This document shows, one piece after another, positions 9,565 to 17,752 of a DNA stretch of 54,774 nucleotides. The DNA is from a virus. Its lineage: Duplodnaviria; Caudoviricetes. The first letter of the stretch is position 1; each line of letters starts with the position of its first letter. The stretch spans positions 1-54,774 of the IMG/VR virus record IMGVR_UViG_3300027896_002339. The stretch is one strand, 5' to 3'. Below the pieces are notes generated by a model. The model made no database searches and was not told the origin of the DNA. It worked only from the letters and a program-made list of their open reading frames with translations. The position numbers and the translations under genes were made by a program.

Positions 9565-10116
9565 ATGTTAAACTTGGGCATCATCATAGCTAATATTAAG
9601 AAGGGGCAATCCGCTCTAAAAGTTAAATCTGTTCTCGTTAAGTTAGAACAGAACTATCAAAGAGTTAAAGGAAATATAAAAATAACAGGTTGTAAAAAGG
9701 AACCAAACAAGATAACAGTATATACAACTATACCATCTGATTCAACGGCAGGGGTTTTATATGATACGGTTTTGGAATTTCACACGACTGGTCATTTAAG
9801 TGTATCTACACCGTTCAAAGCTTATAGTAACTCACCTTCTTTTGCGTATAATTTTTCCTACGTTTTCAATACGAATGGAAGCTTATTGTGGCCAGAGAAG
9901 TATCCAGCAGAGTTTAAAAAAATGACTCCTAAGACAAGGAATCCGTATATGTTTGCTGGATTTGATAAACATATTTTTGCTGCTGTAAGATTCATTGGTG
10001 ATTACGGATTAAACAATATTATTAGTGAATTAGATGGAACAATCCCACCAGTAAAATCATTTGATGATAAAGTAAGAGAATTGAGAACTGTAAGAGGCGG
10101 AACCTCGAACGTATAA
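9565..10116 (+). CDS. hypothetical phage protein
   Basis: 183-aa ORF. Confidence 0.75.
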   Translation: MLNLGIIIANIKKGQSALKVKSVLVKLEQNYQRVKGNIKITGCKKEPNKITVYTTIPSDSTAGVLYDTVLEFHTTGHLSVSTPFKAYSNSPSFAYNFSYVFNTNGSLLWPEKYPAEFKKMTPKTRNPYMFAGFDKHIFAAVRFIGDYGLNNIISELDGTIPPVKSFDDKVRELRTVRGGTSNV

Positions 10117-10175
10117 ATCTAGAATTAGAATAAATTAAAAATGGTTTGTTTTTAAAATATTTTTGGAGAGCAACT

Positions 10176-10790
10176 ATGTCAATACAAATTGGAATGAAAG
10201 TAGTCGATATGATTTTGCATGAGTCACCCAGAGGAGCCGGTAGTAAACAAAGGAGACTAATGAAAAAATTGGCTCTTGGTAAAGTTCCTGTTACTATGAC
10301 AAATGAACCAACCAATGTACCACCGGTTACAGTTCATACAGATGCACCTGTTGCTCCTATAACTCCTCCGGCACCTGCTCCTGTGGTAGAACCAGTAGCT
10401 GCACCAGCACCCGTTCCTGTAACTCCCTCGAAACCTTTAGTAGAACCAGCTTCTGTTCCAATGTCTGATGCAGAACGAACTATAATTAATGCACAGAGAA
10501 CTGGCGGAGAAAAATCTGTTGCAGATGCAGCAAAAAATGTTGTAACAAACCCAGAAGCAGAACAAGGATTCCTTAGTAGAATGGCTGGACATGCTACCAC
10601 GCCGGTAAAATGGGCAGGTGAAAAAATAGCTGGTATGGGTGAAACAGGTGGAAATGTAGAGAAGGTTGGTCAATTTATAGCACAGCATAGAAATCCAATT
10701 ACAGCTGGTATTGGTATAACTGCAGCTGGTCTTGGTGTAATGCATCACTTGAAAAATAGACGGGATCAAAGAAATCAACAAACAATGTAA
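10176..10790 (+). CDS. Pro/Ala-rich putative internal head protein
   Basis: Start at ATG 10176 (GGAG SD); N-terminus MSIQIGMKVVDMILHES; paralog of 10815. Confidence 0.7.
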   Translation: MSIQIGMKVVDMILHESPRGAGSKQRRLMKKLALGKVPVTMTNEPTNVPPVTVHTDAPVAPITPPAPAPVVEPVAAPAPVPVTPSKPLVEPASVPMSDAERTIINAQRTGGEKSVADAAKNVVTNPEAEQGFLSRMAGHATTPVKWAGEKIAGMGETGGNVEKVGQFIAQHRNPITAGIGITAAGLGVMHHLKNRRDQRNQQTM

Positions 10791-10814
10791 GCAAGATAAT
10801 CAGGGAGAATAATC

Positions 10815-11159
10815 ATGTCAACAGAAATCGGAATGAAAGTTGTAGAAAATATTTTGAAAGAAAGTGTCGGCTCTAGAATTAAACAAGGCTCTAAATTTTT
10901 GGCTAAACCAGCAAAATGGGCTGGTGAGAAAATTGAAAAAGCTGGTCAAGAAATTGTAAAGCACCATAACAGTATGACAGATGGTAAGGGTGATTCGATT
11001 AAGGGAGCGGTCGGTTCAGCAATTCAAAAAGTTGGATCTGATGTAGCAAAGCATCCTGGTGCTTATACTGGTGCAACAGCTGGTGTTGGTGTTGCTGGTA
11101 CTAAAGCAGCAAAGCATCTTAAACATAGACGTGATAAAAAAGCTGGTGAAAAGGGTTAA
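10815..11159 (+). CDS. putative internal head protein, paralog of 10176
   Basis: Shares MS..IGMKVV..IL.ES, P.KWAGEKI and HLK.RRD. Confidence 0.7.
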   Translation: MSTEIGMKVVENILKESVGSRIKQGSKFLAKPAKWAGEKIEKAGQEIVKHHNSMTDGKGDSIKGAVGSAIQKVGSDVAKHPGAYTGATAGVGVAGTKAAKHLKHRRDKKAGEKG

Positions 11160-11648
11160 ATGAACAACCAGTACCACGACACATCAAAGATATTGATGGA
11201 ACTATCGCTCGCTAATCTAGCTCCTGCTTTTAAACAAGGTATGACTAATGTTAAAAATACAATTGGTCAAAAAGCTGGTGCTGTAGCTGGTGCTGTTGGG
11301 CGTGCGGGCAGTGCTGTTAAACAAGCAGCTGTTAATACAGCAACTAAAGCTGGTGGTGCTATTAGTCAAGCTGGTGCAAATACCGCTGCTGCTGCAGCTC
11401 GTGCTAAAGAAGCTGCAACTAATGCCATGAATAAAACCAGAGAGGTTGCTAGAGACACTGCACAAAAAGCAAGAGAAGCTGCTAAAGATGCTGCAGATAG
11501 GGCACGAAATGCTACTAAGCAAGCTGTAGAGAAAGCTAAACCCGTTGTTCAACAAGCTGGAAAAACTGCGTTAAAAGTAGCTAAGAATACTGCTATAGGA
11601 ACTGGCGCAGTTGGTGCTGGTGGTGTATATCTTGCTGCTAAGGATTAA
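11160..11648 (+). CDS. Ala/Lys-rich low-complexity putative internal protein
   Basis: LEA-like helical repeats; ILME near the N-terminus. Confidence 0.65.
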   Translation: MNNQYHDTSKILMELSLANLAPAFKQGMTNVKNTIGQKAGAVAGAVGRAGSAVKQAAVNTATKAGGAISQAGANTAAAAARAKEAATNAMNKTREVARDTAQKAREAAKDAADRARNATKQAVEKAKPVVQQAGKTALKVAKNTAIGTGAVGAGGVYLAAKD

Positions 11649-11649
11649 T

Positions 11650-11793
11650 ATGAAACTTGATGGATTTGCTATTATAAGTGAAGCAATGAAATTATTTAGC
11701 GAAAAAAAATTTCAGGCTAGAGGCAGATCTACTGGTGCTTCTACAGGAAAATTAATCAAGAAAACAGCAGCGAATTTGTTAAAGAGAATATAA
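11650..11793 (+). CDS. small basic protein
   Basis: ATG 11650 with AAGGA SD; IISEA near the N-terminus. Confidence 0.5.
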   Translation: MKLDGFAIISEAMKLFSEKKFQARGRSTGASTGKLIKKTAANLLKRI

Positions 11794-11795
11794 AG

Positions 11796-11835
11796 TAGGA
11801 CCCTCTGGAAATTACTGAGATTCCAGAGGGTCCTA
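11796..11835. terminator. hairpin between convergent operons
   Basis: Perfect 15-bp stem TAGGACCCTCTGGAA/TTCCAGAGGGTCCTA with a 10-nt loop. Confidence 0.75.
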
Positions 11836-11844
11836 TCTTCACGT

Positions 11845-13002
11845 CTATTTTCCTACATTCAATAACTTCTTAGCAACTTCAAGAAGTTGATTATTCCCTT
11901 TAATCAATTCATAATATACCAAAGCTGTTTTAGCTTTTGCAGCTTCAGATACTATAATAGTTCGAAGACCTAAAGGAATTATTTCTTTGCAAGCAACTGT
12001 TAGATTATCAAAGAGTTTCTTAACTACTTTAATTTCACTAACAATCTCTTCATCCTTCATATCATAATTCTTCATCTTCCATGTCTTCATAAACTCAGCT
12101 ATGATTGCACTCATAAGCGAATATGCATCGATCTTAGACATTGCAGTAAGATCAGGTAGTGGTGTGTTTTGAATTAAAAATTCTTCCGCATTCCACTGAC
12201 TAAATAATCTTACATATTCCACAAATTTTTGTGTGTATTCCTGTCCAACATGACCATGTCCTAATATAAGATAATCAGAAGTAGAAAGTCTGCCTTTTGA
12301 TTCCAATTGATCAAGAGAATCTGAATAATGTGTCCATGATCTAGGAGAAGCAAATGGAGCTGATTCTAATGGAGGACTTTGTAATAGGTCTGGATACAAT
12401 CCCAGAAAAGACATCACATCTTGTCTCACACCATAAGTAATTGCGAAGTCATTAACCCATGATTCAACAGTTGTAACAACATCCACAAAAAGTAATCTGT
12501 TAACGATAGGACTCATTATTGGTTGAGCGCCAGCAGAATCTGTACTTTTATTACCCGCCAAAACAATTACATAATTATCTGATAGTTTATGATTATGAAT
12601 TGATTTATAAGTTAGTAATTGAAAAAGATAATTTTGTATACTTTTACAACAAAGATGTGCATCATCAAGAAATAATATAGTATTAGGACCATTGCCTTTT
12701 ATCTTCAAATGATCCTCTGAAAATAATTCGGGTTTAGACCAGTAATATTCTTTTTGATCAGAAGAAGCAGGAATAGGAAGTCCAGAAATTTGCTCAATCA
12801 ACATAGTTGAAAGATATTTTATATTTAATGATATATCTAATTTCTTAGCAACCTGTTCCATCAAAGAACTTTTTCCAACTCCTGGACTTCCTGATAGATA
12901 TATGATTGAGGTGGGACGATTCATTGGCGAGTTTTTTAGTTGTAGATTAATATTTGATTCTATATATTTAACTGCTTCTGATAGATTAACTGTAGTTGAC
13001 AT
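11845..13002 (-). CDS. MoxR-like AAA+ ATPase
   Basis: Walker A GSPGVGKS, Walker B ILFLDD, AGN, NRL and SPRSW. Confidence 0.85.
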   Translation of the reverse strand: MSTTVNLSEAVKYIESNINLQLKNSPMNRPTSIIYLSGSPGVGKSSLMEQVAKKLDISLNIKYLSTMLIEQISGLPIPASSDQKEYYWSKPELFSEDHLKIKGNGPNTILFLDDAHLCCKSIQNYLFQLLTYKSIHNHKLSDNYVIVLAGNKSTDSAGAQPIMSPIVNRLLFVDVVTTVESWVNDFAITYGVRQDVMSFLGLYPDLLQSPPLESAPFASPRSWTHYSDSLDQLESKGRLSTSDYLILGHGHVGQEYTQKFVEYVRLFSQWNAEEFLIQNTPLPDLTAMSKIDAYSLMSAIIAEFMKTWKMKNYDMKDEEIVSEIKVVKKLFDNLTVACKEIIPLGLRTIIVSEAAKAKTALVYYELIKGNNQLLEVAKKLLNVGK

Positions 13003-13020
13003 AATCTTGTTATAACTCCT

Positions 13021-13980
13021 TTAATTTCTTCCTTGGTCTAGTAACACTAAAAAATCTTTAAATCTTTGAATTTCTTTTTCTGGATTTTTGAGAAATTCTT
13101 GTTCTGAAATATAATACACCATGCATGAAAGATGATAAGATATTATTAATTGTCTATTTTGATCATTATTAGATAGTTCACCGTTTATTTTAAAATGATG
13201 TGGTTCAAGAACTTCAATTGCAAGATTATATTTTTTATCATACAAATCCATAAACTTCCCACATTCATTAACCATACTTCGATCATTTCTTAGAAATGAC
13301 TCGCTACTAAAAATTTCTAGTTGGTCTCCAATAGGAATTTCATTATTTCCAATTCTTGGACACATTCGTTTACCATTTAACTTGTGTTTTTCAATATATT
13401 CAATGGCAGATATACTTTGTTTCTTCTTTGTTTCTAACGTTCGTTTTTTCCCTATATTTGCGTTTGCTATTTTTTTAATTGTTTCTTGTGTGTGTTTTCT
13501 TTCTTTAAATTTTTTAATTGTTTCTTGTGTATGTTGTTTACCATAAAATGAATTTAGTTTTCCACTACATTTCTCTTTCATTTTATTTTTGGTTTTTTCT
13601 GTATGTTTTCTTCCTTTAAAATTATTAGCTAATTTTGCTTTATGTTCCTTAGAAAGTTTTCTTCCTGTTAGAGATTTAGACATTTTCTCTATTGATACAG
13701 GAGATGATTTAAAACCTTTTGGTGTTCCGCCTCTATGATTTTCTTTCATTTTTTGTTTGGATTCTTCAGAATGTTTTCTTTCTGACATTCCTTTGCAATT
13801 TTGGGATAATTTTTGTTTCCATTTTTCAGAAAATTTTTTTCCTTTGTTGGGAGCGTGATGTCCTTTAATCCATAAATTTCCAATCTTCTTTACTTTTTCA
13901 CCACAACCACACAAACATAAAGGTAATTCTTTCTTAACCCCAATTACTAAATTATTCTCTATTGATATTCTCGCTTTCAT
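13021..13980 (-). CDS. homing-endonuclease-like protein type A (CxCGCG + NUMOD3-like repeats + Vsr/EDxHD-like nuclease)
   Basis: LCLCGCG; KHTEETKxK-type repeats; D...YNLAIEVLEPHH; conserved QEFLKNP.KEIQRFKDFL end. Confidence 0.8.
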   Translation of the reverse strand: MKARISIENNLVIGVKKELPLCLCGCGEKVKKIGNLWIKGHHAPNKGKKFSEKWKQKLSQNCKGMSERKHSEESKQKMKENHRGGTPKGFKSSPVSIEKMSKSLTGRKLSKEHKAKLANNFKGRKHTEKTKNKMKEKCSGKLNSFYGKQHTQETIKKFKERKHTQETIKKIANANIGKKRTLETKKKQSISAIEYIEKHKLNGKRMCPRIGNNEIPIGDQLEIFSSESFLRNDRSMVNECGKFMDLYDKKYNLAIEVLEPHHFKINGELSNNDQNRQLIISYHLSCMVYYISEQEFLKNPEKEIQRFKDFLVLLDQGRN

Positions 13981-14116
13981 TATATTTCTCTTTTAATAAT
14001 TTAACACCTTCGTCAATTAACTGAAATAAAAATTTATCAGTTGTTGCTGCAAGATGTTTTAATTCATCATACGCATTTTTAGAAATCAAAACTTGTCTTT
14101 TATCATCCATATTCAT
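13952..14116 (-). CDS. small ribbon-helix-helix-like regulator
   Basis: Beta-strand QVLIS then helices (AYDELKHLAA / LFQLIDEGVKLLKEKY); ATG 14116 with AGGAG SD. Confidence 0.7.
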   Translation of the reverse strand: MNMDDKRQVLISKNAYDELKHLAATTDKFLFQLIDEGVKLLKEKYNESENINRE

Positions 14117-14175
14117 TACTCCTAATAATTGATAAATCAATAAATAGATTTATAATTTATTCATATTATAAAATG

Positions 14176-14208
14176 AATCATTCATTAGGATTGAACTAAT
14201 GAATGATT
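14176..14208 (-). terminator. intrinsic terminator candidate upstream of RHH cassette
   Basis: 13-bp stem AATCATTCATTAG/CTAATGAATGATT followed by CATTTT on the minus strand. Confidence 0.6.
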
Positions 14209-14214
14209 TCAAAT

Positions 14215-14769
14215 TTATTGCTCTCTATCACTTCGATCATATCCGCATTTTAAACCACCAAAAGGTTCTGATTCTTCTCCTAGTAATTCTCTTAACATTT
14301 CTCCGAAGTTATTTTCAGCAGATATACCATTTATTATTTCATCTCTTGTTATACCAATTTTTTTAGCAGCATCATCTATTCTTTTATTTTCAGAATTACA
14401 ATACAACCAAGTCTTTAGTTCAGAGACTCTGAATGGATCAGGTTTTTGTTCTTTATCTTCTTCTGTAATAAAGAAAGCAAAGTCACACGCTCTTTCATCA
14501 AGATCAGGACAACCGTCACCGATAGGATAATATTTAATTTTATTATCAGTAAACCATTTATTTAATTTCCACCAGTTATAAAGACACTGGTTTCCATAAG
14601 ATTGTCCCGTACTAACATGAATCTGATTTCTATCATCAAATTCAGGTCGAACAAAGAAACCATCAACTGCACGATAGAATCTATCGTACATATTTTCATC
14701 TACACCAGTTAGATCAACTATAAAACTAGTTGAAGAACTATTACTAACTAAACTTTGTCTCGTTTTAAT
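14215..14769 (-). CDS. MKxRxxxVSNSSS.SF-family phage protein, probable ATT start
   Basis: An in-frame extension upstream of ATG 14691 reads (I)KTRQSLVSNSSSTSF, matching the paralog at 15279; AAGGAG lies 7 nt before the ATT. Confidence 0.7.
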   Translation of the reverse strand: MKTRQSLVSNSSSTSFIVDLTGVDENMYDRFYRAVDGFFVRPEFDDRNQIHVSTGQSYGNQCLYNWWKLNKWFTDNKIKYYPIGDGCPDLDERACDFAFFITEEDKEQKPDPFRVSELKTWLYCNSENKRIDDAAKKIGITRDEIINGISAENNFGEMLRELLGEESEPFGGLKCGYDRSDREQ

Positions 14770-15011
14770 TTTGATTCTCCTTTGGGTAAAACTGTAATTA
14801 ATTTATTAGTTATCATTCTAGGATACCTTGGTTGACCGAATGTCAACATATCTTCTATTGTCTCTTCTCGTTTCTTACCAACAAGATTATAACAACCACG
14901 CATAAGAATTTTAAGATTCTTTGCATGTTCTTTTGTTATACCTTTGGTAAAATCCTTTTCATTGATTTTCCAAAATGCATTAAAACTTATCTTTTTCTTA
15001 GAGGTTGGCAT
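14748..15011 (-). CDS. hypothetical basic protein
   Basis: 87-aa ORF with AAGGA SD, packed in the operon. Confidence 0.6.
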   Translation of the reverse strand: MPTSKKKISFNAFWKINEKDFTKGITKEHAKNLKILMRGCYNLVGKKREETIEDMLTFGQPRYPRMITNKLITVLPKGESKLKRDKV

Positions 15012-15279
15012 GATCGAATTCCTTTATTTTTGATTCATCAATTCCAATATATTCTAAAAATTGGGCCATATCAAAACCATCCATATCAGTACTGAATTTT
15101 ATTACTTTATCAGTATATTCAATATTCCAACCAGTACAATCATTCACATACATCCCATAATGAGGTGCCTGCGATCTCCAATTATCAATTTGATATTCCT
15201 GAGTTTTGGTTATCCCTTCTCTAAGAATCATGAAACTGGAAGAGCTACTATTACTTACTAACGAATGTCTAGTTTTCAT
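14998..15279 (-). CDS. MKxRxxxVSNSSSSSF-family phage protein
   Basis: N-terminus MKTRHSLVSNSSSSSF. Confidence 0.75.
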   Translation of the reverse strand: MKTRHSLVSNSSSSSFMILREGITKTQEYQIDNWRSQAPHYGMYVNDCTGWNIEYTDKVIKFSTDMDGFDMAQFLEYIGIDESKIKEFDHANL

Positions 15280-16649
15280 ATTTGTATTATCTTCCCTACA
15301 ACCTGATCAACTGTATAATCAAGAGTCTTCAAATAGATTCTTGGTATCCTTGACGGGAGTAGTTTTTGAGCCTCTGGAATATTAGAACACATATCAGTTA
15401 ACGATAAGACAAGACTAATGAATGTGTTATGAGTCTTTTCAAAGTCTAATACCTTTTGAAAAGCATCACTATGACTTGTACCGCCATGATGTCTCCTAAC
15501 ACACAACTCTTCTATATCCTTGCTCGTTATCTTTTCCTCATATAATTTTGACCACTTGACAGTGACATCGTGTTTAATTACTAATATATTTTTATAGTAG
15601 CTGTCTGCTTGCTGAGCTAACTCTACTGCCTTAGCAATATCTTCTTCTGTCATACTACCAGATTCATCTACTAATAATGCTAGTGTTCCATATACCTCTT
15701 CCTCAGTTACATTAGGAAGATAAGGTAATGATGGTTGAGCTAACCAAATAAGTCTTGGTCTACTGTAAGAGATATCACCTTTCTTTTGTAACTCAACGAG
15801 TATGCTGTCTCGAAGAATAACATCCCAAGGAACCTTTGCAGTAAACAAACGCTTAATAAATTTTTCAAAATATTTGTTTTCAAATCCTCTTGATAATATT
15901 CTAGATTCAAACATTGTTTTAGCTAAAGAAGAATCAAATTTATTATCTGATTCTCCCTCTTGACTTTCACTTTCCTGTTTAGGAAACTCGACAAATGTTT
16001 TTTTGTAAGTTTGATCATTTATTTGTAGTTCTGTTTTAGTAATCTTTATTTGAGAATCTTCCGGTACACCATCATTCGAAATACCGACCTCATCAAGGAA
16101 ATCCCGATAGGATTTTTGAGTTTCTTCTTTCTTAAAGTTGCCATTTTTTTGCAGAAGTTCATAGATTTCTTCCTCTATAAGATTACTGAATGATTCATTG
16201 AATAATACTTTATCCTTATATTTATCTAATTGAAAAATCACCAGATTTGCTTGATCGTCAAATTTTTCTTTTTCAAGATTGTAAAGTAGCAAGTTCAGAA
16301 AAAAATCTGTGCTATACTGCCACAATGTTTGATCTTTACCTTCACCTCTCTCTTTGTGCATGAAGATATTATGACCCACCTCATGTAAGAGTGTGAAAGT
16401 TAATACATAATGAATATTTGCAGTACACTCTTTAAAAAATGGATCATCTGGATTTACGTATATATATTTGAAATCCGTACATGCGGGAGCAGAAAGAGGA
16501 ACTTGATCAGTTAGAATAATTGGATAATTCATCGAACACAACCCGAATGGAAGATATACGTTTGAACGAAGTAATGATTCTATAATTTTTTCTATAACAT
16601 TATAATAATTAAAAAATTTATGATAGTCTTTCGTTTTAGTAACATCCAC
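15276..16649 (-). CDS. DUF2201-type metallopeptidase-VWA domain protein (MoxR partner)
   Basis: ACTD, LLHEVGH, W..IL, MIDAS DESGSM, GGT and LTD. Confidence 0.85.
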   Translation of the reverse strand: MDVTKTKDYHKFFNYYNVIEKIIESLLRSNVYLPFGLCSMNYPIILTDQVPLSAPACTDFKYIYVNPDDPFFKECTANIHYVLTFTLLHEVGHNIFMHKERGEGKDQTLWQYSTDFFLNLLLYNLEKEKFDDQANLVIFQLDKYKDKVLFNESFSNLIEEEIYELLQKNGNFKKEETQKSYRDFLDEVGISNDGVPEDSQIKITKTELQINDQTYKKTFVEFPKQESESQEGESDNKFDSSLAKTMFESRILSRGFENKYFEKFIKRLFTAKVPWDVILRDSILVELQKKGDISYSRPRLIWLAQPSLPYLPNVTEEEVYGTLALLVDESGSMTEEDIAKAVELAQQADSYYKNILVIKHDVTVKWSKLYEEKITSKDIEELCVRRHHGGTSHSDAFQKVLDFEKTHNTFISLVLSLTDMCSNIPEAQKLLPSRIPRIYLKTLDYTVDQVVGKIIQI

Positions 16650-16650
16650 T

Positions 16651-17403
16651 TTAGTTAACTCCTTGATCTAGTAATAATAAAAAGTCTTTAAATCTCTGAA
16701 TTTCTTTATCTGGATTCTTAAGAAATTCTTGTTCTGATATGTAATAAATCATACATCCAAGTTTCCATGATATGATTAATTCTCTATTTTGATCATAATC
16801 TATTAATTCACCAATTGGTTTAAAATGATGATTTTCTAGTATATCAATACCAAGATTATATTTTGAAATATAACCATCAAGAAATCTACCAGAAATATTC
16901 GCTAATTTTCTATCATTTCTTAATACTTTTAAATTGATTTCTTTTTCTATATGATTAAGAATTAAAATTTCATTACTACCAACTCTTGGACACATTGGTT
17001 TACCATCAAATTTATGAACTTCAATATATTTAATAGCAGAAATACTTTGTTTAACTCTTGTGTTTTCAGATCTATTTTTTGCACTGATAGACATTCTTAA
17101 TTTCGTTTTTTCAGAATGATATCTTCCAATTGATTTTTCTCGGATTAATTGTTTTCTTTCTTCTGAATATTTTTTTCCTTTATTTCTTTTAGAATTTTCT
17201 AAACAAAATTCTTCTGTTCTTTTCATTCCTTTATTTCGTTTAGAAATTTTCAACTTGTGTTCTTCCGATAGTTGTTTACCTTTAGTGTAATTCTTTCCAA
17301 TTATATGATGTCCGTGTAGATATTTATTTTCTATATGTTTGACTTCTTTACCACACCCGCATGAACATAAAGGAAGTTTATTTTGTATTATTTTCGTTTT
17401 CAT
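16651..17403 (-). CDS. homing-endonuclease-like protein type A
   Basis: LCSCGCG; NUMOD3-like repeats; MCPRVG.NEI; conserved C-terminus shared with 13021 and 21233. Confidence 0.8.
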   Translation of the reverse strand: MKTKIIQNKLPLCSCGCGKEVKHIENKYLHGHHIIGKNYTKGKQLSEEHKLKISKRNKGMKRTEEFCLENSKRNKGKKYSEERKQLIREKSIGRYHSEKTKLRMSISAKNRSENTRVKQSISAIKYIEVHKFDGKPMCPRVGSNEILILNHIEKEINLKVLRNDRKLANISGRFLDGYISKYNLGIDILENHHFKPIGELIDYDQNRELIISWKLGCMIYYISEQEFLKNPDKEIQRFKDFLLLLDQGVN

Positions 17404-17566
17404 ATATTTGATAAAATGATTTTAAACTAATTGGTATTTCTTTATTGTGTTTTTGTACTATATAAAGAATTGCTTCATTAGTTATATGTTTTATTGATTT
17501 TTCTGATTCTGCTGCTATAATTCTTAAAAGTTTATGAACGTCATCATCTATTATAATACTCTTCAT
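17378..17566 (-). CDS. small ribbon-helix-helix-like regulator
   Basis: MKSIIIDDDVHKLLRIIAA resembles TIQIDKELHKRLRIIAA of the other copies. Confidence 0.7.
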   Translation of the reverse strand: MKSIIIDDDVHKLLRIIAAESEKSIKHITNEAILYIVQKHNKEIPISLKSFYQIYENENNTK

Positions 17567-17602
17567 TATTGATCCTTAATTATATAAAGTTAATATTTTA
17601 AT

Positions 17603-17683
17603 TTATTCATATGTATCATCTTCATCTTTCAATGAATAGTATTCAAAGAACTTACTATACTCTTTTGTGTTTTTTTCTATCAT
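17603..17683 (-). pseudogene. orphaned duplicate 5' end of the VWA gene (26 codons)
   Basis: MIEKNTKEYSKFFEYYSL aligns with MDVTKTKDYHKFFNYYNV (start of 15276..16649); AGGA SD; its stop lies inside the cassette promoter motif. Confidence 0.7.
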
Positions 17684-17696
17684 AATAATTCCTACG

Positions 17697-17732
17697 AAAA
17701 AAAGAGGGAGGTAAATACCCCCTCCCCCTCTT
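17697..17732 (-). terminator. intrinsic terminator
   Basis: G-rich/C-rich stem (GAGGGGGAGGGGGTA/TACCTCCCTC) followed by T7 on the minus strand. Confidence 0.7.
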
Positions 17733-17752
17733 CCACCAACAACATCTTCGGT

